Virus record (IMG/VR): IMGVR_UViG_2648501802_000002 | Origin: a virus | Taxonomy: Duplodnaviria; Heunggongvirae; Uroviricota; Caudoviricetes | DNA: 64,000 nt | Strand: one strand, 5' to 3' | Shown here: positions 51,313-62,267 of the stretch, in pieces | Position numbering within the stretch: position 1 is the first letter of the stretch | How the letters are laid out: every line of letters starts with the position of its first letter | Position numbers and translations under genes: made by a program | Notes under the pieces: generated by a model | Told to the model about the DNA's origin: nothing | Seen by the model: the letters and a program-made list of their open reading frames with translations, nothing else | Databases searched by the model: none

Positions 51313-51750
51313 TCACAACAGCACATCCTGAAAATTACCCTGATAGAACGCCAGTACACGCTGCATGACTTCGCTCTTCCGGCACTCGCGACAGATTATA
51401 TTCAGACGCCTGTCATAGCGGCGTATTTCTCCGTCTGGTAATGACCAGATAAGGTCCGGATCAACTACAGCAGGTTTCTTCACCTTTGCCCTCGATAGTT
51501 TTTTGCGGGCGTTTTGCCAGTCTTTACGCGCCTGTTCAGACGGGAATAACCCGTAACCAGAGTTGTATACATCGCCACTGGCAACCAGCTCACTGGCGAG
51601 AACACTCATCAGATATCTTGTCGCACCTGTCTTGGCTTCCAGTTGCCGTAACGTCTCGCGACCGCTCAGACGTACAAGTTCAACAACCTGCCCTTTAATT
51701 TTTTCCCGCTCTTCTGGTGTAAATACTTTTGCCATAAGCGCCTCCGGCAA
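51313..51750 (-). CDS. Hypothetical nin-region protein
   Basis: ORF track 145 aa. Confidence 0.55.
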   Translation of the reverse strand: MPEALMAKVFTPEEREKIKGQVVELVRLSGRETLRQLEAKTGATRYLMSVLASELVASGDVYNSGYGLFPSEQARKDWQNARKKLSRAKVKKPAVVDPDLIWSLPDGEIRRYDRRLNIICRECRKSEVMQRVLAFYQGNFQDVLL

Positions 51751-52563
51751 TCACTTTTCCGATGCAACACAGCGAGAAGAATCAGTAATCTGTCGAACAA
51801 TATCCCGGTGCTTGTTCAGCTCCCGCAGCGCGGCGCAGACACGCTCCCACTTCTGGACATGATTTTTCGCCCGACGCAGTTCGCGGTTTGCCATATGCAG
51901 CGATGGCAGAACGAGGTCATCCGCTCGCGTTTCGGTAAACGATGGCAACGACTGCACAATGTCCGCCACAGTTTCTGTTTTAATATCTTCCTGTGTTGCA
52001 GCTTCCTGTCCCGGTAACGCAACACCTGCTGGTTGAGGAAAGGCTTTACCATCAGTTTCCGTTACCGATGCAGCTTTCGGCTCTGCTGGTAAATTATCGC
52101 CCGGCATGCAGTAACGAAATTTACCGTTCTGATTAACGCGAATCAGACGACCTTTACTGATTGCCATTGCCAGCGTTGAAGCCACTTTGCGTGATGTGAT
52201 GCCGAAAAACGTAGCCAGTTCATCCGCCGTTTGTGGGCCACGTTGTTCAATCGTCGCAGTTAAATCGCACTCCGAAATTTTTGCGACTGTTGCCGTGGTG
52301 GTTTCTTCCGGCAGTTCTGCCTGCTCTGGCTGTTCCTGCTGAACGTTGTTATCAGCCACGCGCCAGGTGTATACGCTTTTATCAACGAAGCCAGCCTTTT
52401 TCAGTTCCCACAGCTCGTTCAGCACTTCTTCACGACTGATATCAAGTCGCGCAGCCAGTTCTACCGACGTAGCTTTCCCCATTGCTTTCAGTGCGTCAAA
52501 AACAGTCTCCATTAAATTTTTCTCCCGGTAAAAACTACTTCGCAATTCCTGGCTGGACGACAT
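51751..52563 (-). CDS. Hypothetical protein with winged-helix-like N-terminus (ydaW position)
   Basis: ORF track 270 aa; immediately downstream of the DnaC-like gene. Confidence 0.55.
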   Translation of the reverse strand: MSSSQELRSSFYREKNLMETVFDALKAMGKATSVELAARLDISREEVLNELWELKKAGFVDKSVYTWRVADNNVQQEQPEQAELPEETTTATVAKISECDLTATIEQRGPQTADELATFFGITSRKVASTLAMAISKGRLIRVNQNGKFRYCMPGDNLPAEPKAASVTETDGKAFPQPAGVALPGQEAATQEDIKTETVADIVQSLPSFTETRADDLVLPSLHMANRELRRAKNHVQKWERVCAALRELNKHRDIVRQITDSSRCVASEK

Positions 52564-53281
52564 TCGGACGCCAGCTCTCCCAGTTAAAATTCACCCATCG
52601 CCCGCCGTTCATGGTCATGCGATCCATAATCCGCTCGCCGAGCAATGTTTTCATGGCCTCATAGTTCAGGTTTGTCAGCATTCCCACGCTACGCATCGAC
52701 GCTGTCCGTCGATCAATAATCTGGTGCAGTACCACCTGCTCGTTTTTCGTCTCGCGCTGAATGCCAATTTCATCAAGAACCAGCAGATCCACTTCGCACA
52801 GTTCCCGCAAAAATTTTTCGCCTGACTGCCCGTCGTCATAGCTGGCGTGGAGGGCACTCATAACATCAGCCACGGTAACCACAATCACTGTCTGACCGTC
52901 TTTCAGCAGGCGATTCCCGATAGCTGCCGCTAAGTGATTCTTCCCGGTACCAGGTTTTCCGCTGAACGCAAAATTTGTACACCCGGTCATCAGTTCATCA
53001 GCGATGGATTTCGCCTGACTCAACGCGTATCGCTGCCCTTCGTTCTGCACCTGGTAATTCGAAAACGAGCATTTGCGGTGCAATGGCTGGATGCCAGAGC
53101 GATTCAGAATTTTTTCCACCCGCAACTGACGATTCTGACGGTTGATCTCCTCACAACGTTTCTGGCCTTCGGAAAGTTGCCACTCGCGCCACTCCGCTAC
53201 CGTCTTGAATGGCGCGGTTACATGTGACGGGGCCAGTCTGCGGATACGTTCAAGAACGTCGCCTGTCGCAATATTTTTCAT
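52535..53281 (-). CDS. ydaV: DnaC/IstB-like helicase loader ATPase
   Basis: ORF track 248 aa; Walker [16 protein letters not shown] and Walker B LLVLDEIG. Confidence 0.85.
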   Translation of the reverse strand: MKNIATGDVLERIRRLAPSHVTAPFKTVAEWREWQLSEGQKRCEEINRQNRQLRVEKILNRSGIQPLHRKCSFSNYQVQNEGQRYALSQAKSIADELMTGCTNFAFSGKPGTGKNHLAAAIGNRLLKDGQTVIVVTVADVMSALHASYDDGQSGEKFLRELCEVDLLVLDEIGIQRETKNEQVVLHQIIDRRTASMRSVGMLTNLNYEAMKTLLGERIMDRMTMNGGRWVNFNWESWRPNVVQPGIAK

Positions 53282-53287
53282 GGTCAG

Positions 53288-54076
53288 TTACCCCCTGAAG
53301 CCTGGCGGGATCGCACTATCCGGTAACGAGACGGTGTTAACCTGTCGGAGTAACGTCTCAGGTCGAACACCTTTCGGCGCGAACAAGCCCTGGTATTCGT
53401 TGGCGATGCTGTGTCGAATCACCTGCTCAGGTGAAAAACCCTGCTGGCGGAATTTTTCCAGCTCCCGTATCGCCCCGTTAGCGCCCTGCTCCGTTCGAAT
53501 CGGTTTTCGCAATGCCTGCCTGAACTGAACCCACTCATGCCAGAGTGTTTCCGGCAACCAGTCAGGCAGCTCGATAGCCTCCGGTTCGAATTTTTTAGAC
53601 GCTCGTTTTTGGCGAGGGGGATTTAGGGGGAGATAAGTATTTATATCTTCCTCTTTCTCTTCCTCTGGTAACGCTTTTTGATCCGTTTTTGTAACGCTGG
53701 CAGCGTTACCTTTTCGTTTCAGTTCTCGTATTTTTGTTACTCTCTCGTTTGTAACCGCCCGTTTTTTAGAGCTTTTCCCGTTATGGCGCTCAAAGTTAGG
53801 AAGCGACAACACACCATTAGTTTCGACCAGCCATCCAACCTGAATTAACGCATCAGCAAAACCAGCCATAAAAGTGATGCGATCTATTGCACTTTTTGTA
53901 ACGCCGCGAGCGTTACACTCTGCGTTACCGTCTATCATTTGTTGATCCGCCCATGCCCAGAAGCGAATGACTTTCCCTAATGCGGCATCTGGATCAATAT
54001 TCAGAATCTCAGCAAGCCTGAATATTTCCGGCTTATCCGGCGTAATAACTTCGAGCTTTATCCAGTTTGAAGCCAT
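53288..54076 (-). CDS. ydaU: Replication initiation-like protein (O-like position), gene carries iteron-like palindromes
   Basis: ORF track 262 aa; position between ydaT and the DnaC-like gene; palindromes GTAACGC-N5-GCGTTAC inside and just upstream. Confidence 0.6.
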   Translation of the reverse strand: MASNWIKLEVITPDKPEIFRLAEILNIDPDAALGKVIRFWAWADQQMIDGNAECNARGVTKSAIDRITFMAGFADALIQVGWLVETNGVLSLPNFERHNGKSSKKRAVTNERVTKIRELKRKGNAASVTKTDQKALPEEEKEEDINTYLPLNPPRQKRASKKFEPEAIELPDWLPETLWHEWVQFRQALRKPIRTEQGANGAIRELEKFRQQGFSPEQVIRHSIANEYQGLFAPKGVRPETLLRQVNTVSLPDSAIPPGFRG

Positions 54077-54110
54077 TTGTTTTCACCTTGTAACGCTCGC
54101 AGCGTTACAT
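53690..54110. repeat. Three copies of palindrome GTAACGC-N5-GCGTTAC plus half-sites (candidate ori iterons / operator sites)
   Basis: GTAACGCTGGCAGCGTTAC (about 53691), GTAACGCCGCGAGCGTTAC (about 53897), GTAACGCTCGCAGCGTTAC (about 54090), with extra GCGTTACC/GTAACG half-sites; spaced about 200 bp apart. Confidence 0.55.
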
Positions 54111-54153
54111 TTAACTGATACCGAACAAAACAGTTCGGTACGATTAATTTCAA

Positions 54154-54576
54154 TCAATGCACTACGACAGAATCGCTAGGAGAACCGCCGCCGCTGAAAT
54201 GCGCTTTCCGGTAAACGGCTTGGACTGCATCATCATGCGCATCAATTGCCGTACTTAACGCTTCCTGCGCCGCCAGTAATGCACGGCGTTCCAGGGTATC
54301 GAAGATGCAGAGTCGGTGACGCAGCTCGCGCGGAAGGATTGCCAGAATTGCTGGGATCAGCTTCTGAATTTTTTCCCTTTGCGCATTCGTTTCACCTTTC
54401 AACCAACGGTGATAGATATTCTGCTGATTGTTCCAGTCCTTGCCTGGAACCAGGGGCAATTCGCCGCCCCCCTGGCGCAGATATTCTTCAGTAATTGCAT
54501 TGGCTACCCATGCCTGCCTTTTTTCGGCTGCCAGGGCAAACAACACCGATTCGATGTGCTCATGCTTGATTTTCAT
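54154..54576 (-). CDS. ydaT: YdaT-like early protein (cII-position)
   Basis: ORF track 140 aa; follows the cro-like ydaS. Confidence 0.6.
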   Translation of the reverse strand: MKIKHEHIESVLFALAAEKRQAWVANAITEEYLRQGGGELPLVPGKDWNNQQNIYHRWLKGETNAQREKIQKLIPAILAILPRELRHRLCIFDTLERRALLAAQEALSTAIDAHDDAVQAVYRKAHFSGGGSPSDSVVVH

Positions 54577-54598
54577 GAATCATTTGCCTCTTGATGTT

Positions 54599-54895
54599 TC
54601 AGGTATGATCAAATGAGGATTTGTTACTGTCATTTAGTTGCTTCACTGACATATTCTGCGAACAACATGCCGAACGTCGTAAATATGACCAGTCAATATC
54701 AGGACGAAGTTCTTCGCACAGCACCTCACCTCTTGTTGCACGTTCAATTGCTGGACATCTCTCGGCAGGCAATTGACGTACCCCTTTGATCCATTGATTT
54801 ACGCTTGGAGGTGATACACCTAAAAGCCTAGCCATTGCTGTTTGCCCACCGACAACAGCACAAGCTTGCTTGAATGAATAGTTCTCTTTTTTCAT
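54599..54895 (-). CDS. ydaS: Cro-like HTH regulator YdaS
   Basis: ORF track 98 aa; HTH (FKQACAVVGGQTAMARLLGVSPPSVNQWIKG); divergent from racR. Confidence 0.8.
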   Translation of the reverse strand: MKKENYSFKQACAVVGGQTAMARLLGVSPPSVNQWIKGVRQLPAERCPAIERATRGEVLCEELRPDIDWSYLRRSACCSQNMSVKQLNDSNKSSFDHT

Positions 54896-55018
54896 CGAAT
54901 GAACTCCAAAAACACACAGAGATATTAGGCGACGCCTAATACAAATGTCAATAGGCTATGCCTAATACAATGAGAGTAGGGATTGCCTAATGCAATGAGC
55001 ATAGGAGAATATTAAGCA
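54896..55018. promoter_or_regulatory. Divergent promoter/operator region between ydaS and racR with repeated GCCTAAT(A/G)CAA motifs
   Basis: AGGCGACGCCTAATACAA, AGGCTATGCCTAATACAA and GGGATTGCCTAATGCAA: three direct repeats in the 123-bp intergenic region. Confidence 0.6.
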
Positions 55019-55495
55019 ATGCTTAGTGGTAAAGACTTAGGCCGAGCGATAGAGCAGGCCATTAACAAAAAAATCGCATCGGGATCCGTCAAATCAAAGG
55101 CGGAGGTCGCACGCCACTTCAAAGTCCAACCACCATCAATCTATGACTGGATTAAGAAAGGCTCCATAAGTAAAGATAAACTTCCAGAATTATGGCGTTT
55201 CTTTGCTGATGTTGTTGGTCCAGAGCATTGGGGGCTTAACGAATACCCCATACCAACCCCCACCAATCCAGATACAAAAAGTGAACTTTTAGATATAAAC
55301 AACCTTTATCAAGCAGCCTCTGATGAAATAAGAGCGATTGTAGCTTTCCTGTTATCTGGAAATGCTACAGAACCAGATTGGGTTGACCACGATGTTCGCG
55401 CCTACATAGCAGCGATGGAAATGAAAGTGGGTAAGTATCTGAAAGCTCTAGAATCTGAACGGAAAAGCCAGAACATCACAAAAACTGGAACTTAA
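55019..55495 (+). CDS. racR: Prophage repressor RacR (cI-like)
   Basis: ORF track 158 aa; N-terminal HTH (SKAEVARHFKVQPPSIYDWIKKG); divergent from cro-like gene; matches K-12 RacR length. Confidence 0.8.
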   Translation: MLSGKDLGRAIEQAINKKIASGSVKSKAEVARHFKVQPPSIYDWIKKGSISKDKLPELWRFFADVVGPEHWGLNEYPIPTPTNPDTKSELLDINNLYQAASDEIRAIVAFLLSGNATEPDWVDHDVRAYIAAMEMKVGKYLKALESERKSQNITKTGT

Positions 55496-55574
55496 ACTTA
55501 TATGGTCTGACGGAAAACTCCTGGATTCCGTTATTTAACCCCCCCATCACTTTCTCCAGTCGCCATCACCTATT

Positions 55575-55640
55575 AGGTTACGCTTAAAACATTAGGCATA
55601 GCCTATTGACAATCAATTAGGCATTACCTATAGTTCCAGC
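55575..55640. promoter_or_regulatory. Second cluster of TTAGGCAT/GCCTA operator-like repeats downstream of racR
   Basis: CATTAGGCATAGCCTATTGACAATCAATTAGGCATTACC: inverted and direct copies of the operator half-site seen in the ydaS-racR intergenic region. Confidence 0.4.
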
Positions 55641-55803
55641 ATACCACCCACCCCGCCCCACAGAACGCCAGGCAATACTTCGAGTTACCAGGTAGTGGTC
55701 AGGGGTTAAGTAGCCAGCCCGAGGCGTATGAACATGACGGCGGGATTCAAATTTTGCAGTGCAGCAGTTAGTTCCGCCACCCGGCGTTAAGGGGATAGAT
55801 AAG

Positions 55804-55938
55804 ATGGTGCATTACGAAGTAGTTCAGTATTTGATGGATTGTTGCGGTATCACTTACAACCAGGCTGTGCAGGCTTTACGCAGCAACGACTGGGATCTCT
55901 GGCAGGCAGAAGTCGCTATACGTAGCAACAAGATGTGA
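55804..55938 (+). CDS. ydaG: Small protein, YdaG-like (44 aa)
   Basis: Manual translation MVHYEVVQYLMDCCGITYNQAVQALRSNDWDLWQAEVAIRSNKM; size and position match Rac ydaG from memory. Confidence 0.5.
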   Translation: MVHYEVVQYLMDCCGITYNQAVQALRSNDWDLWQAEVAIRSNKM

Positions 55939-55948
55939 GATTCGCAAA

Positions 55949-56104
55949 ATGCAAAAAATCGACCTCGGCAACAACGAATCCCTGGTGTGCGGCGTGTTCC
56001 CCAACCAGGATGGAACGTTCACTGCCATGACGTATACCAAAAGCAAAACATTTAAAACCGAAACTGGTGCGCGCCGATGGTTGGAGAAGCACACAGTAAG
56101 CTAA
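55949..56104 (+). CDS. ydaF: Small protein, YdaF-like (51 aa)
   Basis: Manual translation MQKIDLGNNESLVCGVFPNQDGTFTAMTYTKSKTFKTETGARRWLEKHTVS; position between ydaG and sieB. Confidence 0.5.
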   Translation: MQKIDLGNNESLVCGVFPNQDGTFTAMTYTKSKTFKTETGARRWLEKHTVS

Positions 56105-56589
56105 CGATTAAAACGTCTACTCCTGCTGTTCCAGAATAACTTCATAAAATGGGAGTATTTTTCGGTGACGAGATAATAAGAACAGTTTGCGCTATCACTC
56201 TGATGTTGAATGATGCCCTTCCGTTCTAATTTTTTCATAACCGGGTTACGGCAAGGAGAAGTGATAATAAGATTTCCTGTTTTAAGGAAATCTTTAAATA
56301 CAGCGATTTCTTTCTCAGATAAACGAAGCAATACTCGTTGCTCTGGTAGTAATGAATAATGCTTTTGAATATGTGCTCGCAATCTTGAGAAGGAAATGGC
56401 GACCACGAAAGAAAAGGCAAAAACGATAATCTGAAAGAGCCAAGGTATTTCAGTATAAGCATTGAATGCGACAGTAAACTCTTTCGGTATCAGCCAGAGA
56501 GTGAGACCAAAAATGATAATCGTATACATAAGTCTTTCGAGTGGCTCGTTAGCAAAAAGTTTCAACAATGGAGTAAATACATCCAACAT
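56101..56589 (-). CDS. sieB: Superinfection exclusion protein SieB
   Basis: ORF track 56101..56712; start placed at internal MLDVFTPLLKLFANEPLERLMYTIIIFGLTLWLIPKEF, which matches Rac SieB as I recall it; 2 TMs. Confidence 0.8.
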   Translation of the reverse strand: MLDVFTPLLKLFANEPLERLMYTIIIFGLTLWLIPKEFTVAFNAYTEIPWLFQIIVFAFSFVVAISFSRLRAHIQKHYSLLPEQRVLLRLSEKEIAVFKDFLKTGNLIITSPCRNPVMKKLERKGIIQHQSDSANCSYYLVTEKYSHFMKLFWNSRSRRFNR

Positions 56590-57030
56590 ATCAATAACTC
56601 TCAACTGTAAGGGTATTGAAATGTTAACACAAGCTCTCGCTGTAGGGGTATAGCCGAGACCACCGAAGCCCGGAGGTGGTGAAATAAAACCGGGCACAAC
56701 ACGAAGGCGCATTTCCGATATCCATAAAGAGTCGGTCTTGTCTGTTAAATTTAAATGGTGGGAGTGCGCCTCCGGTTGTAAATAACGACATTGCTGTGTG
56801 TAGTCCTGGCGGCATCAGTTTTTTTCTTGAAGTTCGGCTGATGTCCGCCCTTTTTAAAGTGAATTTTGTGATGCGGTGAATGCGGCTAAGCGCACGTGGC
56901 ACAGTTAAAAGTCATGTTTGTCCTTATTGGTTTGGGTGGGAAAGCCGACTGTAATTGTTAACTGGTTGCAGTCACCTGGAGGCACCAGGCACCGCATCAA
57001 CAAAGTTCATTTGTAAAAATGGAGATAATT

Positions 57031-57252
57031 ATGATTGCACATCACTTCGGAACTGATGAAATACCACGTCAGTGTGTGACTCCTGGCGATTATGTTCTTC
57101 ATGAAGGCCGGACATATATTGCCTCGGCAAACAATATTAAAAAGCGAAAACTATATATTCGTAACCTGACCACAAAAACATGCATTACTGACCGCATGAT
57201 TAAAGTCTTCCTCGGTCGTGATGGTTTACCTGTAAAGGCGGAGTCATGGTGA
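57031..57252 (+). CDS. kilR: Cell-division (FtsZ) inhibitor KilR
   Basis: ORF track 57019..57252; [31 protein letters not shown]...; 73 aa from the internal Met. Confidence 0.75.
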   Translation: MIAHHFGTDEIPRQCVTPGDYVLHEGRTYIASANNIKKRKLYIRNLTTKTCITDRMIKVFLGRDGLPVKAESW

Positions 57253-57422
57253 TGACTAAGAAAATAAAATGTGCTTACCACCTTTGCAAAAAAGACGTTG
57301 AAGAAAGCAAAGCTATTGAAAGAATGCTTCACTTCATGCACGGGATTTTATCAAAAGACGAACCGAGAAAATATTGCAGTGAAGCTTGTGCCGAAAAAGA
57401 CCAGATGGCACATGAACTTTAA
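57252..57422 (+). CDS. ydaE: Small zinc-ribbon protein YdaE-like (56 aa)
   Basis: Manual translation [56 protein letters not shown]; start overlaps the kilR stop (TGATG). Confidence 0.55.
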   Translation: MTKKIKCAYHLCKKDVEESKAIERMLHFMHGILSKDEPRKYCSEACAEKDQMAHEL

Positions 57423-57496
57423 TTAATTGACTATTCGAAACTGAATTTATGCCAGAAATGGCAGGTATTCGCTCAACCTTAATTAAGGAGAAAAAC

Positions 57497-57772
57497 ATGA
57501 TTACCAATTATGAAGCCACTGTTGTAACTACCGATGACATTGTTCACGAGGTGAATCTGGAAGGAAAGCGCATTGGCTACGTAATTAAAACAGAAAATAA
57601 AGAAACCCCATTCACTGTGGTTGATATCGATGGTCCATCAGGCAACGTAAAAACACTTGATGAAGGTGTCAAAAAAATGTGCCTGGTGCATATCGGAAAG
57701 AATCTGCCCACAGAAAAAAAAGCCGAATTTCTGGCAACTCTAATTGCAATGAAATTAAAAGGTGAAATCTGA
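57497..57772 (+). CDS. racC: RacC
   Basis: ORF track 57449..57772; internal start MITNYEATVVTTDDIVHEVNLEGKRIGYVIKTENKETPFTVVDIDG matches Rac RacC as I recall it (91 aa). Confidence 0.75.
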   Translation: MITNYEATVVTTDDIVHEVNLEGKRIGYVIKTENKETPFTVVDIDGPSGNVKTLDEGVKKMCLVHIGKNLPTEKKAEFLATLIAMKLKGEI

Positions 57773-57873
57773 AAGAAATAGCCTGCGTATGGCGCAGGCT
57801 ATGAACAGTGTGTATCCGGCAAGATCATTCACTGAACAAAACGAATTTTAATCTGAGTTGAGGTTAAAAAACA

Positions 57874-60800
57874 ATGAGCACAAAACCACTCTTCCTGTTA
57901 CGGAAAGCGAAAAAATCATCCGGTGAACCTGACGTCGTCCTGTGGGCAAGCAACGATTTTGAATCGACCTGTGCCACTCTGGACTACCTGATCGTTAAGT
58001 CAGGTAAAAAACTGAGCAGCTATTTTAAAGCTGTTGCCACGAATTTTCCTGTCGTTAATGACCTGCCCGCTGAAGGTGAGATCGATTTTACCTGGAGTGA
58101 ACGCTATCAACTCAGCAAAGACTCCATGACATGGGAACTAAAACCGGGAGCAGCACCAGACAACGCTCACTATCAAGGCAATACCAACGTCAACGGCGAA
58201 GACATGACTGAGATTGAGGAGAATATGCTACTCCCAATTTCTGGCCAGGAACTGCCCATTCGTTGGCTTGCTCAACACGGTAGCGAAAAACCGGTAACGC
58301 ACGTTTCACGCGACGGACTCCAGGCATTACACATTGCTCGGGCTGAAGAACTACCGGCTGTTACTGCCCTGGCTGTTTCCCACAAAACCAGCCTGCTCGA
58401 CCCGCTGGAAATTCGCGAACTCCACAAACTGGTTCGTGACACTGACAAAGTTTTCCCTAATCCTGGTAATTCAAACCTGGGACTGATAACTGCTTTTTTC
58501 GAAGCATACCTGAACGCTGACTACACCGATCGAGGACTGCTGACAAAAGAGTGGATGAAGGGTAATCGTGTTTCACACATCACTCGCACGGCTTCCGGTG
58601 CTAATGCTGGCGGCGGAAACCTCACCGATCGCGGCGAAGGTTTCGTACACGATCTGACGTCACTGGCGCGCGACGTAGCCACTGGCGTACTGGCCCGTTC
58701 AATGGATCTGGACATCTATAACCTTCATCCGGCACACGCTAAACGCATTGAGGAAATTATCGCTGAAAATAAACCGCCCTTTTCTGTTTTCCGCGACAAA
58801 TTCATCACCATGCCTGGCGGGCTGGATTATTCCCGCGCCATCGTGGTTGCGTCCGTAAAAGAAGCACCAATTGGGATCGAGGTCATCCCCGCGCACGTCA
58901 CTGAATATCTGAACAAAGTACTGACTGAAACCGATCATGCCAACCCTGATCCGGAAATCGTGGATATTGCCTGCGGTCGCTCCTCTGCCCCGATGCCGCA
59001 GCGAGTAACAGAAGAAGGAAAACAGGATGATGAAGAAAAACCGCAACCATCTGGAACAACGGCAGTTGAACAGGGAGAGGCTGAAACAATGGAACCGGAC
59101 GCAACTGAACATCATCAGGACACGCAGCCGCTGGATGCTCAGTCACAGGTAAATTCTGTTGATGCGAAATATCAGGAACTGCGGGCAGAACTCCATGAAG
59201 CCCGGAAAAACATTCCATCAAAAAATCCTGTCGATGCCGATAAATTGCTTGCTGCATCACGTGGTGAATTTGTTGACGGAATTAGCGACCCAGACGATCC
59301 GAAATGGGTAAAGGGGATCCAGACTCGCGATTGTGTGTACCAGAACCAGCCAGAAACGGAAAAAACCAGCCCGGATATGAATCAACCTGAGCCAGTAGTG
59401 CAACAGGAACCGGAAATAGCCTGCAATGCCTGCGGCCAGACTGGCGGGGATAACTGCCCTGACTGTGGTGCGGTGATGGGCGACGCAACATACCAGGAAA
59501 CATTCGATGAAGAGAGTCAGGTTGAAGCTAAGGAAAATGATCCGGAGGAAATGGAAGGCGCTGAACATCCGCACAATGAGAATGCTGGCAGCGATCCGCA
59601 TCGTGATTGCAGTGATGAAACTGGTGAAGCGTCAGCTCCTGTAGCAACTGAAATCATGTGGCCGTCATATTTCGAGCCTGGCCGCTATGAAAACCTCCCG
59701 AACGAGGTTTATCACTCCGCCAACGGAATAAGCAGCACGATGCTGAAGGATGCCCGTATCAGCCTGATGTATTACCATGGACGGCACATTGCCGGAACTA
59801 TTCCGAACGAGGAAAGTGATGCACTGCTGCGTGGGCGGATCATTCACAGCTATGTTCTGGAAACGGATAAATTCGCTGATGAATATGCCATTCCGGTACC
59901 GGTTCCTGAATATGTGGTTACTACTTCTAACGAACTGATCGCCATCATTAAAAAACACAATGCCAGTCTGCCAGCACTGATGACACCAGAGCAGATGAAA
60001 GAGTGGATCGAAAGCTACAACAGCACTCTTATACAGCCACTGTCTGTAAGTGCCGGGGCCGAAGAAACAGGCATCCTTTACGGTTCGCTTCCGGTGGAAT
60101 TTCGGCGTATTCCTGAGGGGGAAAAACACACAGCATCAGCAATGAAAGCCTGTATTAAAGAATACAACGCAAGCCTCCCTCCTCTGTTGAAAACCAGTGG
60201 AGCACGGGAGCAGCTTCTGGATCAAATTGAAACTGTAGCCCCAGAACTAGCAAAAAAAGAACGTGCTAAATCTTTGCCTTACAACATCAGTGGCACAAAA
60301 GAGCAATTAACCGAAATCGCACGGCAAATTCGCCCGGAACTGGTGACTCTGGAGGACTGGCAAAAACGCCAGCAAGAAGAAAACGCCGGGAAAACGTTTA
60401 TCAGTCCGGATATGTATGAACAGGCAAAAAATATTCACGCGGCACTACAAAACAATACCGATGCAGCAAGGTTACTCAACCACCCGGATCGCAAATCTGA
60501 AATCAGCTATTTCGGGTTTGATGAAGAAACCGGGCTGGAAATCAGGGTCCGTCCTGATATCGAAATCCGGCTGCCATACGAAAGCATTTGCGCTGACGTG
60601 AAGTCAGTCAGCCTCGGTTATGTGCGACAGGAACGACTTAAAGATCGCCTGCACCGTGAAATTATTGAACGTGATTATCATCTCAGCGCCGCAATGTATT
60701 GCGATGTGGCAAACCTGGACAAATTTTTCTGGATCTTCGTCAACAAAGATGCTGGCTATCACTGGGTGGCAGTCGTGGAAGCCTCGCAGGAACTCCTGGA

Positions 60801-60945
60801 ACTTGGTCGACAGGAATATCGCCGGACGCTACGCCAGATAAACGAAGCCCTGGAGACAAACAACTGGCCAGCACCGATTACCGAAAGTTATACCGACGAA
60901 TTAAACGACTTTGATCTTCGTCGTCTTGAAGCACTGAGCATCTGA
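57874..60945 (+). CDS. recE: Exonuclease VIII RecE (5'-3' dsDNA exonuclease, PD-(D/E)xK C-terminal domain) with long acidic N-terminal region
   Basis: ORF track 1023 aa; C-terminal nuclease region (...[11 protein letters not shown]...CADVKSVS...); directly upstream of the annealing protein gene in Rac order. Confidence 0.8.
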   Translation: MSTKPLFLLRKAKKSSGEPDVVLWASNDFESTCATLDYLIVKSGKKLSSYFKAVATNFPVVNDLPAEGEIDFTWSERYQLSKDSMTWELKPGAAPDNAHYQGNTNVNGEDMTEIEENMLLPISGQELPIRWLAQHGSEKPVTHVSRDGLQALHIARAEELPAVTALAVSHKTSLLDPLEIRELHKLVRDTDKVFPNPGNSNLGLITAFFEAYLNADYTDRGLLTKEWMKGNRVSHITRTASGANAGGGNLTDRGEGFVHDLTSLARDVATGVLARSMDLDIYNLHPAHAKRIEEIIAENKPPFSVFRDKFITMPGGLDYSRAIVVASVKEAPIGIEVIPAHVTEYLNKVLTETDHANPDPEIVDIACGRSSAPMPQRVTEEGKQDDEEKPQPSGTTAVEQGEAETMEPDATEHHQDTQPLDAQSQVNSVDAKYQELRAELHEARKNIPSKNPVDADKLLAASRGEFVDGISDPDDPKWVKGIQTRDCVYQNQPETEKTSPDMNQPEPVVQQEPEIACNACGQTGGDNCPDCGAVMGDATYQETFDEESQVEAKENDPEEMEGAEHPHNENAGSDPHRDCSDETGEASAPVATEIMWPSYFEPGRYENLPNEVYHSANGISSTMLKDARISLMYYHGRHIAGTIPNEESDALLRGRIIHSYVLETDKFADEYAIPVPVPEYVVTTSNELIAIIKKHNASLPALMTPEQMKEWIESYNSTLIQPLSVSAGAEETGILYGSLPVEFRRIPEGEKHTASAMKACIKEYNASLPPLLKTSGAREQLLDQIETVAPELAKKERAKSLPYNISGTKEQLTEIARQIRPELVTLEDWQKRQQEENAGKTFISPDMYEQAKNIHAALQNNTDAARLLNHPDRKSEISYFGFDEETGLEIRVRPDIEIRLPYESICADVKSVSLGYVRQERLKDRLHREIIERDYHLSAAMYCDVANLDKFFWIFVNKDAGYHWVAVVEASQELLELGRQEYRRTLRQINEALETNNWPAPITESYTDELNDFDLRRLEALSI

Positions 60946-60956
60946 GGAAGGACACA

Positions 60957-62009
60957 ATGAACGAATTAACTCAACAAGAAAATATTAACTCTAATGTTGC
61001 GGTTTTCAGCCCTCAGTCCCTGGCTGCAATTCAGACATTTTCCCAGGTAATGGCTTCCGGCATGGCTACTGTACCGGAACACCTCCGGGGAAATCCATCA
61101 GACTGCATGGCCATCACCATGCAGGCGATGCAGTGGCAAATGAACCCTTACGCAGTAGCTCAGAAAACTTTCGTTGTGAATGGTGTGCTCGGATATGAAG
61201 CGCAACTGGTTAATGCCGTAATCAGTACTCGTGGGCCGCTAACCGGGCGTATTGAATATGACTGGTTCGGGCCGTGGGAAAAAATTATCGGGAAATTTGA
61301 AATCAGGAAGAGCGACAAAGGGAAAGAATATCGTGTACCTGGCTGGAAGCTGGCCGATGAAAACGGGATCGGTGTTCGTGTCCAGGCAACACTACGCGGC
61401 GAAAGTAAACCACGCGTACTGGAATTACTTCTGGCGCAGGCCAGAACACGTAACTCAACGCTATGGGCCGACGATCCTCGCCAGCAGCTTGCCTATCTGG
61501 CGCTGAAACGCTGGGCGCGCCTTTATTGCCCCGAAGTGATTCTTGGAGTGTACACCAGGGACGAACTGGACGAGCCACAGGAAAAAATCATTAATCCGGT
61601 TCAGGAACATAAAAACACTTCCGCTTGCCGCGCTGAACGTGAAACAACAATTATTGAGCAGGATGCCGGGGAAAACTGGATCGATGCTTTCCGTGAACGT
61701 ATTGAGCAGGCACAAAGCACCGGGGAAACAACAGCACTTCGCCAGGAAGTGGAAGATCATAAAAATACACTTGGCGCTCTCTATACGGAACTTAAAGGAA
61801 AAGTGGTTCAGCGTCATCACCGTCTCAATGCTATTGCCCGTATCGAGAAGATGATAAATGACCTACCTTCTTCAGGTGATCCAGAAGCAGAACAAAAATT
61901 TACTGCTCTGGAAAATACGCTGAATGCTGCCCGGCCACATCTGGGTGAATTATATGAGGCGTATAAAACGACACTGACAGATATGAAACCAGAATATATC
62001 GGCTCCTGA
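60957..62009 (+). CDS. Single-strand annealing protein, RecT/Redbeta superfamily (not the K-12 RecT sequence)
   Basis: ORF track 350 aa; segment TLWADDPRQQLAYLALKRWARLYCPEVILGVYTRDE resembles the Redbeta/RecT conserved core; positioned after recE. Confidence 0.55.
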   Translation: MNELTQQENINSNVAVFSPQSLAAIQTFSQVMASGMATVPEHLRGNPSDCMAITMQAMQWQMNPYAVAQKTFVVNGVLGYEAQLVNAVISTRGPLTGRIEYDWFGPWEKIIGKFEIRKSDKGKEYRVPGWKLADENGIGVRVQATLRGESKPRVLELLLAQARTRNSTLWADDPRQQLAYLALKRWARLYCPEVILGVYTRDELDEPQEKIINPVQEHKNTSACRAERETTIIEQDAGENWIDAFRERIEQAQSTGETTALRQEVEDHKNTLGALYTELKGKVVQRHHRLNAIARIEKMINDLPSSGDPEAEQKFTALENTLNAARPHLGELYEAYKTTLTDMKPEYIGS

Positions 62010-62072
62010 TATTGACTTTGGCGGTGTAGCCTCACCGCCATCACAAAATTTTATTTTATGAGAGAAAAGACA

Positions 62073-62267
62073 ATGCGGTATGAAAAAGTCAAACCATGCC
62101 CTTTTTGTGGTTGTCTATCAGTAACGGTAAAAGCCATTTCAGGATATTACCGCGCGAAGTGTAACGGATGCGAATCCCGAACCGGCTATGGTGGAAGTGA
62201 AAAAGAAGCACTCGAACGATGGAATAAACGAACCACTGGAAATAATAATGGAGGTGTTCATGTATAA
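62073..62267 (+). CDS. ralR: Restriction alleviation protein RalR (Lar family zinc ribbon)
   Basis: ORF track 62058..62267; MRYEKVKPCPFCGC...AKCNGCESRTGYGGSEKEALERWNKR; CxxC...CxxC. Confidence 0.8.
   Translation: MRYEKVKPCPFCGCLSVTVKAISGYYRAKCNGCESRTGYGGSEKEALERWNKRTTGNNNGGVHV

Noticed and set aside
55876-56094. 72-aa minus-strand ORF between racR and sieB
   Set aside because: The plus strand here encodes two small proteins with good starts that match the expected ydaG/ydaF positions; the minus ORF has no start context.
58521-60129. Minus-strand ORFs inside recE
   Set aside because: Antisense shadow ORFs within a well-supported long coding region.
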